Source: Candidatus Latescibacterota bacterium (GTDB taxonomy: Bacteria > Latescibacterota > UBA2968 > UBA8231). From it: DNA of 64,000 nt. The notes below the pieces were generated by a model. That model was not told where the DNA came from, did no database searches, and worked only from the letters and a program-made list of their open reading frames with translations. The translations under genes and the position numbers were made by a program. The stretch spans positions 2,976,001 through 3,040,000 of the forward strand of contig OZ241362.1 in the NCBI GenBank assembly GCA_965200315.1, written 5' to 3'. This document shows positions 29,470 through 39,300 of the stretch, one piece after another (the first letter of the stretch is position 1; every line of letters begins with the position of its first letter).

Positions 29470-30645
29470 CTACGAATCATTACTGCGGATTTTAGCGATG
29501 GCTTCTCGCCGTTTTGCCTCTTGTCTCGTTCGTTGCTTCTTGTTCTTTCCGGAGTCAAACCAGCCGATTTCATCGTAACATGCTTCAAGCGCGGTTGCGG
29601 CGTCTTTTCTTTCGTCAGCGTCTGTCCACTCAAAATCGCCTTCAGTTAGCTTATTGGCCGCTGCCTTGACCTGTTCGCGGATTCCTTGTTTTTCTTTATC
29701 GCTTTTCGCCTCCTTAAACTTTTTGATCGTCTGCTGTATATCCTCAAGTCGCCTCCTTCCTTCTGACAACGCCTCTCGGCGTTGTTGTTCCGCCTCTTGT
29801 TCCCGTCGTTCCCCTTCTTCTCTTTTCAAACGAGCGGTCTCTTCCTGTTGTCTTGCGACTTCCCGTTCTTTTTGCTTTCGCCGGGCGGCGTCTTCCTCGA
29901 ACAGACCGTACCCTGCACTCGTCTTGGCCCCAGCTCCCCGAGTACTCAGCGCATCAATCAGCATTTGCTCTGCTAGTTCTAACCAAGCAAGCGGCCCTTC
30001 AAGCACGAACAAAAAGGTACCCTGTACGGCGACTTGGGCATTTGGGACTGGGCTGTCGAAATCAGTGGCCGGCGTTGCACCGTCTTTGCCGTAGTAGTCT
30101 AGATGGTGAGAGGTGACAATTTCTTGTACCAACGGATATTTGGCTGAGTTAGGCACCCACCAAGCGTCGTGAAAGGTAATCAGCCCGGACAAGCCGGCTG
30201 GCCGCTCTTTGGTGCCCGGTGCACCAAACAGCTCCTCGCGGATGTCGTCTCCCTGTGTACCGAATCGTTCGCGTACGTGTGCATTGACGACGCCTTTGAT
30301 GCTTGAACCGGGAATGTACGGCATGCCGTGGCTGTGACTGATGGCGCAGCCCGTCTCTAGCAGGCCACCACCACTCAGGCCGATGAACAGCCGGGTATTG
30401 AGCTTCAGAAATACGTGGCGAAAGCGGTTCGTATCCTTGGTGGCTTTTTTCCAACGTTTATAGGTACGCACGTAGAAGTCGCTGGCGGTGCGCTCGCACA
30501 CGCGCTTTATGTATTTTGTTTTTGCCTCTTTGTCATTTTTATCATACTCAGGTAGGCCGCGTTGTAGCAGCAAGCCCGGATGGGCATCTTGCGCCACTTT
30601 GTACAGGCAGCGCAGACTATTGCGCATCAACTGCGTTGTCATCAT
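29470..30645 (-). CDS. cmr6: Type III-B RAMP Cmr6 with C-terminal coiled-coil/helical extension
   Basis: RLFIGL, GMPYIPGSSIKG, FHDAW, HHLDYY, GAGAKTSAGYG. Confidence 0.9.
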   Translation of the reverse strand: MMTTQLMRNSLRCLYKVAQDAHPGLLLQRGLPEYDKNDKEAKTKYIKRVCERTASDFYVRTYKRWKKATKDTNRFRHVFLKLNTRLFIGLSGGGLLETGCAISHSHGMPYIPGSSIKGVVNAHVRERFGTQGDDIREELFGAPGTKERPAGLSGLITFHDAWWVPNSAKYPLVQEIVTSHHLDYYGKDGATPATDFDSPVPNAQVAVQGTFLFVLEGPLAWLELAEQMLIDALSTRGAGAKTSAGYGLFEEDAARRKQKEREVARQQEETARLKREEGERREQEAEQQRREALSEGRRRLEDIQQTIKKFKEAKSDKEKQGIREQVKAAANKLTEGDFEWTDADERKDAATALEACYDEIGWFDSGKNKKQRTRQEAKRREAIAKIRSNDS

Positions 30646-31040
30646 CCATCCCCCTCTGACTCGGCGTCGCCGGTGGCGTTCACGCCCAAAACGCCCTGCA
30701 CGTAGCGTTTGATCCAGCCGCTTGCCTCTAGGGATTGGCGCGTGAGATTCAAAGTCTGGCTGAGGTCGCTGGCGATAACTAGCTGGTGAAGGGCTGGACC
30801 GTCGTTCGCGGTGCTGGCTTTGGCAGCACCGACGACGGTATTCAAATCGTTGAGCAGGGCGCGATGCTCGGGTTCGCCTTTGGCAAGCAGGAAGCCAGTG
30901 GCTTGGGCAAGGCCGTTGTTGAGTATCATGCTTGGTAACTTATGTGCCAAAGCACCATACTTCTTCTTATTCTGGTCTTCGCTGCGATCGGCAACGCATT
31001 TGTAAGCCGCACGGGCGACCTTGTGGGTGCGGATATCCAT
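30642..31040 (-). CDS. cmr5: Type III-B small subunit Cmr5
   Basis: KYGALAHKLPSMILNNGLAQATGFLLAK, WIKRY. Confidence 0.9.
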   Translation of the reverse strand: MDIRTHKVARAAYKCVADRSEDQNKKKYGALAHKLPSMILNNGLAQATGFLLAKGEPEHRALLNDLNTVVGAAKASTANDGPALHQLVIASDLSQTLNLTRQSLEASGWIKRYVQGVLGVNATGDAESEGDG

Positions 31041-31042
31041 AC

Positions 31043-31936
31043 TTACGCCTCCTTGAGAAAGCGGACTAATCCGCTACCTACGCCGGCATTGCCGCCAAGC
31101 TGCAATGGCGCGTCGGGATTTGGTAAGGCCGCATTGAATGTGTCATCCGCCTTTTTGAATGTGTCATCCGCCTTTTGATTGTTGAATTCCGACAGCGCGA
31201 AAATTCCCCACAGCACGGCCTCGGCAGGTAGATTTTCCTCATTCCATAGTGCGCCTTTGCGGACGGTGCCAGTGTTGGGATCAATGGCGATACGGGTGCG
31301 AATCTCGGTGGCGGTTTCGGCGAGAAAGCTCATGACTTCATCGGGCAGCAACGCAAAGCGGCAGGTAAAATCTTTCCGGGCTTCGGCATCGTTATCGTCA
31401 TCGTTGGGATGCACGATCCGTGCGATGCGTTTTGCCCACGGATCTAGTGACTCTTCCTTGTTTGCCTGCAAGTCGAGGTCTTCGAGCACCAGCTTTCCAT
31501 CAATGAGATTGACAGAGGCCCCCGTCACGTTTGCCGTATCATTGGCGGGGCTGTCCGGCAACTTAGGTGGGGAAACGCCTGCCAACTTTAGATCGCGTTC
31601 ATAGCGGGTCAGGATGAACGGCGAGGTGACGTAACTGACGATGCCAGCTAAGCAGCGCACCGGCAACACCAGCAGATGTGCGTCTCCAATGGCCAAGGCA
31701 CCGGCAAAGGCGGCCTTATCGCTCTTGATCTTCTTGGGACCAAACAAGGTTTCTGCGATGTTTGGGTCGTAGTTGGTAGTGTGCTCGCGCAGTACGCCGC
31801 GTAGCGAAGAGCCTGGCACGATGGGGAGTTGGGTTGCCCGCGCACGGGCGATGGGCAGGTCCACCACGCCCGCGGACTGACCAGTTCCGCAGTGCAATGC
31901 GGAGAGGGCGTAGAGATGAAAGAGTTTTGCTTGCAT
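31043..31936 (-). CDS. cmr4: Type III-B RAMP Cmr4 (target-RNA-cleaving subunit)
   Basis: LHCGTG, VVDLPI (catalytic Asp retained), PGSSLRG, LWNEENLP, QLGGNAGVGSG. Confidence 0.92.
   Translation of the reverse strand: MQAKLFHLYALSALHCGTGQSAGVVDLPIARARATQLPIVPGSSLRGVLREHTTNYDPNIAETLFGPKKIKSDKAAFAGALAIGDAHLLVLPVRCLAGIVSYVTSPFILTRYERDLKLAGVSPPKLPDSPANDTANVTGASVNLIDGKLVLEDLDLQANKEESLDPWAKRIARIVHPNDDDNDAEARKDFTCRFALLPDEVMSFLAETATEIRTRIAIDPNTGTVRKGALWNEENLPAEAVLWGIFALSEFNNQKADDTFKKADDTFNAALPNPDAPLQLGGNAGVGSGLVRFLKEA
31134..31175. repeat. Perfect 21-bp in-frame tandem duplication in cmr4
   Basis: (ttgaatgtgtcatccgccttt)x2, encoding KADDTFK-KADDTFN. Confidence 0.9.
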
Positions 31937-31972
31937 AAAAATTGTCCTTTCAGAAACAGGCTATGCAACCTA

Positions 31973-33175
31973 TCAGACGGGTTTCCACAGGCTAGGCAGG
32001 GTGAGTCCGAAACCATCGCGTCGGTCTTGGTCGTCATCGCTGACGCTGGTTAGCCATAGAGCCTTAAGCGCGTCGAGATCGGCTGCACCATCAACAATAC
32101 GGAACCAGTAGGTCGCGCCGGCACCGACGAGCTTGCGGGTGGGGCGGGGTTGTTGATTGGCGAGGTCCCAGCCGGAGTGGGGCTGCCAACGGTCCACCGC
32201 TGCTGCACGTAATTGTAATTTCAGTTTCAGCGCGTTGGGCGGGCTGCCGGTCAGATTTGCATGGAGCCAACCCGGATGGTACCCGTTCGAGAAAATCCCC
32301 GGGGTCAGTAGCGTCAGACAGAGGCCGCCGCTATCGCAGATATTGTCTAGCCAATCCTTCGGCGGGTCGGGCCATATTGCCTCGGGCTCTGGCTGTAAGG
32401 CCGCCAAGCGTCGCTCGCCGCCCAAGTGAACTAGCGTTTCGTTCAATGCTTTCTCGCAGCGCACGAGGAGCCGCAGCCCGCCATGGGCACTGTCCGGCGC
32501 GTCGAAGTCTAGACCCTCAGTCTGGAATAGCTTCCCGGCCTCTGCGGCACCTCCCGGACCAATAGCGACATGAGTGCGGCGATCTCCCGGTGGCGGCGTC
32601 CAGCCGTTCTGGCAGAGTTGGGCGTGGGAAACGCTTCCGCCATTGCGGAATGTTATTAGATCGTTCCACGACCACCAAGCCGGCCCAGTGCCGGGTTTGC
32701 CTTTAGCAGACTCGGTCAGTTGAACGGGCAGCAGGCCATCGGGCAGATCCGCACCGCCAACATCAAACGGCCGCGGCTCGGTACGCACACAACGCGCCAT
32801 GTCGCCATGACCAAAATACAGGGCGTCGCTGGGTTTTGGTACTAAAACCTGATTGTCGCGATTGAGCAGCAGGGGACCGGCGACCCACAGTTGTGCAAGG
32901 TCTGGGCCAAAAGGCATGCCTGTTGCTCGTGCCCAAGCCGTGCGCAGACATCCGGCCAAGGTTGAGGGCGGCGGAAAACGCGTCGGCTCGGCGACGGCAT
33001 GGGCAAAGGGCCGTCCGGATCCAACGATGATGGGCGCGAGCGGATCTAAACTCGCGACGGAGCTCAATTGACCAGATGCTTTTAGGCTCTGTTGTTCGCG
33101 TTCCACGCTCGTATGCTTGCGATTTTTGGACAGCGCGTTCTTTTGCCTTCTCTTCTTTTTGTTTCGAGGACTCAT
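31973..33175 (-). CDS. cmr3: Type III-B Cmr3 with basic N-terminal extension
   Basis: GSGRPF, PPPSTLAG, HLGGERR, LLTPG, GWDL, GATYWF, DGFG; ATG 33175 overlaps the cas10 stop. Confidence 0.88.
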   Translation of the reverse strand: MSPRNKKKRRQKNALSKNRKHTSVEREQQSLKASGQLSSVASLDPLAPIIVGSGRPFAHAVAEPTRFPPPSTLAGCLRTAWARATGMPFGPDLAQLWVAGPLLLNRDNQVLVPKPSDALYFGHGDMARCVRTEPRPFDVGGADLPDGLLPVQLTESAKGKPGTGPAWWSWNDLITFRNGGSVSHAQLCQNGWTPPPGDRRTHVAIGPGGAAEAGKLFQTEGLDFDAPDSAHGGLRLLVRCEKALNETLVHLGGERRLAALQPEPEAIWPDPPKDWLDNICDSGGLCLTLLTPGIFSNGYHPGWLHANLTGSPPNALKLKLQLRAAAVDRWQPHSGWDLANQQPRPTRKLVGAGATYWFRIVDGAADLDALKALWLTSVSDDDQDRRDGFGLTLPSLWKPV

Positions 33176-35010
33176 GTGTGTTCTCCCAAGTCGCCTGCTG
33201 TGCGAGCCGAGAGCCAACGTGCGATAATCAAGGTATCCGCTAGTTCCTTTAGCGATTGTTCTTTCGCCCTCGCTAGGATCAGTTCTCGTAGATCATCGGG
33301 GATGTTTTTGCCACCCTCGCGGTGTGCTCGCTCAAGCATACGCTTTATTTCGGCAGCTCGCATGCCGTCTGCTATATCGCTGTTGTCTTGGCGAAGCCAA
33401 GCGAGGCGTAGGTCAATTCCGCGCAAATCGTAGGCGGCGCGGGTCGGCAACAAGGCGGCGCGGTATGCTTTGATAAACTGGGCAAGCGCGTCGTACGCTT
33501 TCGTGTTGCTCCACTGGGCTCGCCAGCTAATTTCCGCTCCAGAGCGAATGCCGAGTAGGATGGCAAGCGCGTTGCGCTGCGTACTTTCATCCGCTTCATC
33601 TCCCTTCGCCTGGTGTTCGGCTTTGTCGGCGCGGGCACGCAGCAATCCCAACGGGTCCATCAGATGGCCGATGCCAATGCCCACGGATAGAGTTGGACGC
33701 TCGTTTTCCGCAAGACCCATTTCCTCTGCGATTCCACTGAGCGCATTCTTGAAGGATTCGGCCAACGCACGCGAGCAGTCCAACGCATGCGCTAGCGGCA
33801 CCAGCGCGAGGACATCGTCGCCACCGGCATAGATGGCATGGCCCCGATGCTCGCGAACGATTTGACGTACGTTCGATGCAAACCCATGCAGTTTGAGGGA
33901 GATCTTCCGGGAGTGTTCTGCACTGTCGGCCTTTGAAAACAGAACGCCCATGCGGTCGCCATCGGCCTTCAAGATGACGGCGTAGGGTACGGGAGGGCTT
34001 GCCTTACTTTCTTGGGAAATCTGCTTGATGCAGCTCTTGAGTTCTTTAAGTGCCCCAACTGACTTGGGATCATCCGCAATTTGGGCCAATTCGTTGTCCA
34101 AGCGGAATTCGTATAGCATCTGCGCGTCGTATGGCAGCGCGTCGTATATCCCTTTGTTGCCGCTGACCCGCGTGGCGAGATCCAAGCCAACCAGAGGTTG
34201 ATCCAAGCCAACCAGAGGTTCGTACCTTTCGCTCAGCCGCCCCTGTTGCTCGCACGTGAGTTGCTCAATCCAAGAGTCCGCAGCAATGCGCGAGTACGCG
34301 GTGAACTGGTCCGAGTGGCCGGCCAAGCGTTTGATCACGCCGAGCGCGTCGAGCTGCTCGCCGGAGGACAAGCGGAGCTTGCGCCGCGCTCGATCTCCCT
34401 CTTTCCAGTCCGGCAATACGGTCTCGAGCGCACCGTCGAGGGATGACTTTGGCAATCCTTGGGTCTTCAGCTTCTCACAGGCGCGAAAGTCGCGCGTCGC
34501 CTTGCGGGCGGCCAGTACAGCACCGAGACGACAGCTAGCTTTTGCGTAGCCGTTGCTGTCCTCGGCGACTGGCACCCAAGCCGCGAATACTTCGAGGATG
34601 TCGTCGATCTGAGCGTCCCAAACGTCGTCCCGCATCGGTCTTTTCATCTTCTTCATCTCGCTCCGAACCTCTTCGCCGAGTTCCTTCAAACGCGAAATCG
34701 CTGCGTCCTTGGCCTTCGCGCAAAGAGCGCGAGCGGCTTTTGCGTCGCGTACCTCAATCTCTGCCCGCAGGACATTCACGATGTTGGCGGCATCTCCCGG
34801 GTCGTTCTGCGGCTTCAGGTCGGCGTCGGGATTGGATAGGCACGGAAAAATCAGGCAACCCGGCTGCTCGTTGTGCAAGGACCGAGCGGCGGCCCGCGCA
34901 GCCTCGGACAATAGCCAAGACCCGCACCACAAGTCGCGGGTGCGCCGGGCGGCTCCAATGAGGCTCTGCACTGGTCCCAGTGACAGCGTGATGAGAAAGC
35001 GTTCCATCAA
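33172..35010 (-). CDS. cas10: Cas10/Cmr2 cyclase-polymerase, lacking HD domain
   Basis: GPVQSLIGAARRTRDLWCGSWLLS at the very N-terminus, KADGDRMG, IYAGGDDVLAL. Confidence 0.95.
   Translation of the reverse strand: MMERFLITLSLGPVQSLIGAARRTRDLWCGSWLLSEAARAAARSLHNEQPGCLIFPCLSNPDADLKPQNDPGDAANIVNVLRAEIEVRDAKAARALCAKAKDAAISRLKELGEEVRSEMKKMKRPMRDDVWDAQIDDILEVFAAWVPVAEDSNGYAKASCRLGAVLAARKATRDFRACEKLKTQGLPKSSLDGALETVLPDWKEGDRARRKLRLSSGEQLDALGVIKRLAGHSDQFTAYSRIAADSWIEQLTCEQQGRLSERYEPLVGLDQPLVGLDLATRVSGNKGIYDALPYDAQMLYEFRLDNELAQIADDPKSVGALKELKSCIKQISQESKASPPVPYAVILKADGDRMGVLFSKADSAEHSRKISLKLHGFASNVRQIVREHRGHAIYAGGDDVLALVPLAHALDCSRALAESFKNALSGIAEEMGLAENERPTLSVGIGIGHLMDPLGLLRARADKAEHQAKGDEADESTQRNALAILLGIRSGAEISWRAQWSNTKAYDALAQFIKAYRAALLPTRAAYDLRGIDLRLAWLRQDNSDIADGMRAAEIKRMLERAHREGGKNIPDDLRELILARAKEQSLKELADTLIIARWLSARTAGDLGEHT
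34179..34220. repeat. Perfect 21-bp in-frame tandem duplication in cas10
   Basis: (gatccaagccaaccagaggtt)x2, encoding EPLVGLD-QPLVGLD. Confidence 0.9.
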
Positions 35011-35019
35011 GGTCCTCCG

Positions 35020-36213
35020 CTATTGGTTGAAGTAGTTCATGAATGCTGATAGGGCGTCGGTGCCTTGATTGGCTATTGGCGAGACCTGCTTTGCCAGTTC
35101 CGAGCGCTCAGTACCGTCCCTTGGCCATGCTGCTCCTTGTGAATTCTTGTCAAAACGCACGGATACGCTCACACGCTCTTCCCAGCCGGGCAGCAACAGC
35201 GCAAGGGGACGATACTGCGTTCCATCGAAATAGGGCCGCAAAATCAGCGGGCTGGCCATGCGGTCGCTGGCGGGGACATCGGGGACATCGGGTTCAAGGA
35301 TATAGTCGGGCGGGTCTCCATGATCTTTGAAGTGGAACACGATGGGCAGCCCGAACGCGGCACGCGGAAATGCCTTTTCCACCGGATGTTTCGGGGATAA
35401 TTTCTGTGCATGTTGTCTGGCTAGGCGTCGGATCGCGTCAGGCTCCGGCCAGAGGCTGCGTCCTACACTTTTTCCCTGACGGAAGTCTTTCAGCGCATCA
35501 ACAGCGGCCCTCCACGCATTCGTCGCCGTATCTGCGGACGGCTTGAGAACCATCCGGCCACCCTTCGATTGGACCTCTTTGGCGTCCACGGGATTCAGCG
35601 CGAGATCGCTGCTAGTCGCCTCGACGGCTCCTAATCCGCGCCGCGTCCGCGCACCCACGCCGCCAAAGCTGGCCCACCAGCGCAAAGCCTCAACGACTTG
35701 GTCGTGTTGCGATTGATTTACCATCGAATTAAAACTCAGCACCAACTCGAACTCATATCCCGCGTCTAGAAGCATAGGATTTTCTCCCTGTTCCAGTATT
35801 AGCACATAGTCGAATTTCCTCCGAATGGGATTGCGACCAGCGGGATCGCGACTGCTGATCAAGTTGTTGGGAGTGCCCGGAACGGCCTTGACCTGTAACG
35901 TCACTTGGCTGGCTTTAGGCCCGGTGCTGGAAATGCCGCCCCATAGCTCACACTCAGTACTGAACAGTTCTTTTGAGGTGGGATGTTTGGCACCATTGAG
36001 CAAACGCCACCAGAAGCGTAGCTGGCCGCGCAGGGCACTGGCGCGTATGGGCATTTTGCGATCAACCTCGCCGGCCGTCACGCCGCCGCCATACATGGGC
36101 GTAATTAGCTCACAGCATACGGTTTTCTGTGTGGGCGTGGGCGCGGACCGTGACGTCTCATTCCACGCTGCTTGGGCCGCTGTCGGGCACAGTGTCGCGT
36201 GCGGCTTCCTCAT
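35020..36213 (-). CDS. cmr1: Type III-B RAMP Cmr1
   Basis: LITPMYGGG, LRGQLRFWWR, FGGVGARTRRGLG, FGLPIVFHF, RMASPL. Confidence 0.92.
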   Translation of the reverse strand: MRKPHATLCPTAAQAAWNETSRSAPTPTQKTVCCELITPMYGGGVTAGEVDRKMPIRASALRGQLRFWWRLLNGAKHPTSKELFSTECELWGGISSTGPKASQVTLQVKAVPGTPNNLISSRDPAGRNPIRRKFDYVLILEQGENPMLLDAGYEFELVLSFNSMVNQSQHDQVVEALRWWASFGGVGARTRRGLGAVEATSSDLALNPVDAKEVQSKGGRMVLKPSADTATNAWRAAVDALKDFRQGKSVGRSLWPEPDAIRRLARQHAQKLSPKHPVEKAFPRAAFGLPIVFHFKDHGDPPDYILEPDVPDVPASDRMASPLILRPYFDGTQYRPLALLLPGWEERVSVSVRFDKNSQGAAWPRDGTERSELAKQVSPIANQGTDALSAFMNYFNQ

Positions 36214-36269
36214 GTCGGGACTCCTTGTTGGCTAGTGCTGGAACTCCTCGTCTAATGCAGTCTCAGGCT

Positions 36270-36298
36270 AGAATAGCCCCTGTTAGGACGGCTGTCAA
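36270..36298 (-). promoter_or_regulatory. Sigma70-like promoter of the cmr operon
   Basis: Minus strand TTGACA-17 nt-TATTCT about 57 bp upstream of the cmr1 start; AAGGAG RBS present. Confidence 0.65.
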
Positions 36299-36379
36299 TG
36301 GGGTTCGTCGCACCCTTGTTGACACGGTTTAACGCCAACTTTTCCTTCGCTTGAGACCTTAACGAAGAGAGGAAGAAAC

Positions 36380-39300
36380 ATGAGCAGACGAGCTTGTGGG
36401 GCCTTGCTGGCGTTGTTGTCGTTCGCGTTTGCGGCGTTTGCCAGCGATGTCGATTGGCCGTATTACGCCGCCGACCAGGGCGGCACCCGCTACACCTCCG
36501 CCGATCAGATCAACCGCGACAATTTCGATCAGTTGCGCGTGATCTGGCGCTACCGGCCTCGCGACCAGCAGATCTACGAGACAGCGAGAGCTAACCGAAG
36601 TCGGGATCGGGGCCGAGGTCGGGGCGATCGGCGGCGCGGTGGCCTCAGCTTCGACAACAATCGCGGCACGCCGCTCGCCGTCAAGGGCGTGCTCTACTAC
36701 GGATCGCCGTACAACATCCTCTCGGCTGTCGACGGCCAAAGCGGCGAGGAGTTGTGGGCGTTCGACCCGGAATCTTGGAAGGCCAGTTCCACGTTCGTGG
36801 GCAATTCGCGTGGGGTGAGCTATTGGACCGATGGCGAGGTTGAGCGGGTGTTTTTGGCGACATCAACCGCCTATCTGTACTCCATTGACGCCAAGACCGG
36901 CCTGCCCGACCCCAATTTTGGCGAGGATGGCCGCGTCGATTTGGGGGCCTTGCTGCGTCGGCCGCTGAGTGAAGAGGAGCGCAGGGGCTACGGAGTTACG
37001 GCTCCGCCCGTAGTCTGCCGCGACGTGGTCGCTGTTGGCTCGGCGATCATGGATGTGCGCTTCAGGCCGCCGCCCGAGTACATGCCTCCGGGCGACGTGC
37101 AGGCCTTCGACGTGCGCACCGGCGAAAAAGTGTGGGAATTCCACACGATTCCGCAGGAGGGCGAGTACGGCAACGAGACGTGGGAAAGCGATGCGTGGGA
37201 AAAGTACGGCGCGGCCAATGTGTGGGCGACGATGACGGCCGACGAGGAGTTGGGCTATCTCTACCTGCCGGTGAGCACGGCCAGCCACGACTACTATGGA
37301 GGCGAGCGTCCCGGCGACAACCTGTTCAGCGAGTCGGTCGTGTGTCTGAAGGCCGAGACTGGGGAGCGGGTGTGGCACTATCAGTTGGTTCACCACGGCC
37401 TGTGGGACTACGACCCACCGGCCGCTCCTCTTCTATTGGATGTGGTCGTTGATGGCCAACCGCGCAAGATCGTCGCCCAGCTAACCAAACAGGCCTTTTG
37501 CTTTGTCTTTGACCGCGTGACCGGCGAGCCGATCTGGCCGATCGAGGAAAAGCCGGTGCCGCAGTCGCAGGTAGCGTGGGAAAAAACCTCGCCGACGCAG
37601 CCTTTTCCAACCAAGCCAGCTCCTTTTGAGCGCCAGGGTATCAGCGAGGATGATCTCATTGATTTCACACCTGAGTTGCGCGAGGAAGCCAAAGCCCTTC
37701 TCGCCCGGTACGACTACGGCCCGCTCTACACGCCGCCGACCGAGAAGGGCGTCTTGTTGGTTCCCGGCCAGGCCGGCGGAGCCGACTGGGCTGGGGGCGC
37801 GGCGGATCCGCGCACGGGTGTGCTCTACGTGCCGTCGCACATGGCCATCACCAACGTGGAGCTGCGGCCGGTGCGCGACCTAGAGGCTTATTCGGCATTT
37901 TCTGCCCGCGCCGGCCAGCACATCCGCGGCCCTCGGGGCCTGCCGCTGGTCAAGCCCCCGTACGGCAGCATCACGGCCATTGACCTCAACAGCGGCGAGC
38001 ATCTGTGGCAGAAAGCAGTGGGCAAGGGGCCGGTCGATCACCCGGCGCTCAAGGGCCTCGACGACTCGACTGAGCTCGCCAAAGACCTGCCAGATATGGG
38101 CTGGGACAACCGCACCTTCGTCTTGGCCACGCCGAACCTCCTGTTGGCTACTTCCGAGGACCCGCACGGCCTTGCCGACGCTGGCAGGGACTACTTCGTC
38201 GATCGCGACGCGTACCTGCGAGCCTACGATTTGGCGTCGGGCGAGGAGATCGGCCGCGTCGAGATGCCCAGCAATGCCTACGGTGCGCCGATGAGCTATG
38301 TGGCCGGTGGCCGCCAATACGTGGTCGTGCCGTTGGGCAACCGTCTAGGCCGGTCCGGGCGTCCGCCCGAGCTAGTGGCGCTGGCCATTCCGCACGAGGG
38401 AGAAGAACTGCCGCCCCAAGGACGCGACCGCAGCGACGCCGACCACAAAGCCTTTTACAAGGCTGTAGAGGCCATGGACGCTGGAGGCAGCGAGACGCTA
38501 CAGAAGCTACTCACTGAGTACCCCAAGCTAGCGACGGCGCGCGGCTATTTCGACGAGTACTACGAATACCCCTATTTTCGCGGGGCCACGCTCTTGCACC
38601 ATCTCGCTGGCGAGCCGCAACGAGTGCCGCTGCCCGAAAACGCGGTTGAGCTAGCCACTGCCCTGATCTCAGCCGGTGCCGACCCGAACGCCGCCACGTA
38701 CGACTCGCTTAGCGTGCTGGATATGTTCATAGAAAGCGATCAGCTCGAATGGACTGAGAGCAAGCCCGAAATGATCCAACTCCTAGTGACCAACGGCGTG
38801 GATGTGAACCGCGACCGGGGGCAAATTTTATGGAACGCGCTTAGGGAGCGGGACTTGGAGCTGGCGCGCATGTTGGTCGCCGAGGGGGCGGCCGTAGATT
38901 TGCGCTTTGCCGCTGCGGTCAATCGCGTTGATCTGATGGCCGAATTCTTCGACGCTGATGGCCAGCTAAAAGAGGGGGTCGGTCATCTGTACCATCCCGA
39001 CCCGGATACCGTGCTTACCGCCGAGCAGATTATGGTAGAAGCGCTCAATTTTGCGGCCTATAGTGGCTCATTGGAAGCAGCGGAGTTTTTGCTGGATCGC
39101 GGTGTGGATATCAACGGGGTTGCCAGTGGGTTTAGCCGGTTCGACCGCGGTAGCACACCCCTGCACAAAACCGTCCTGACCGACCAGCTTGAGATTGCCC
39201 AGTTGCTCTTGGCGCGGGGTGCCGATCCCCTGTTGGGGGACCGGCGTTTTGACGTCCCGCCTTATGGGTGGGCCAATTTTATGAATACCTCTGAGGCCCT

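Noticed and set aside
36214-36379. Possible CRISPR array or leader beside the cmr operon (also checked 27941-27957)
   Set aside because: No repeat-spacer periodicity; the space holds only promoter and RBS sequence
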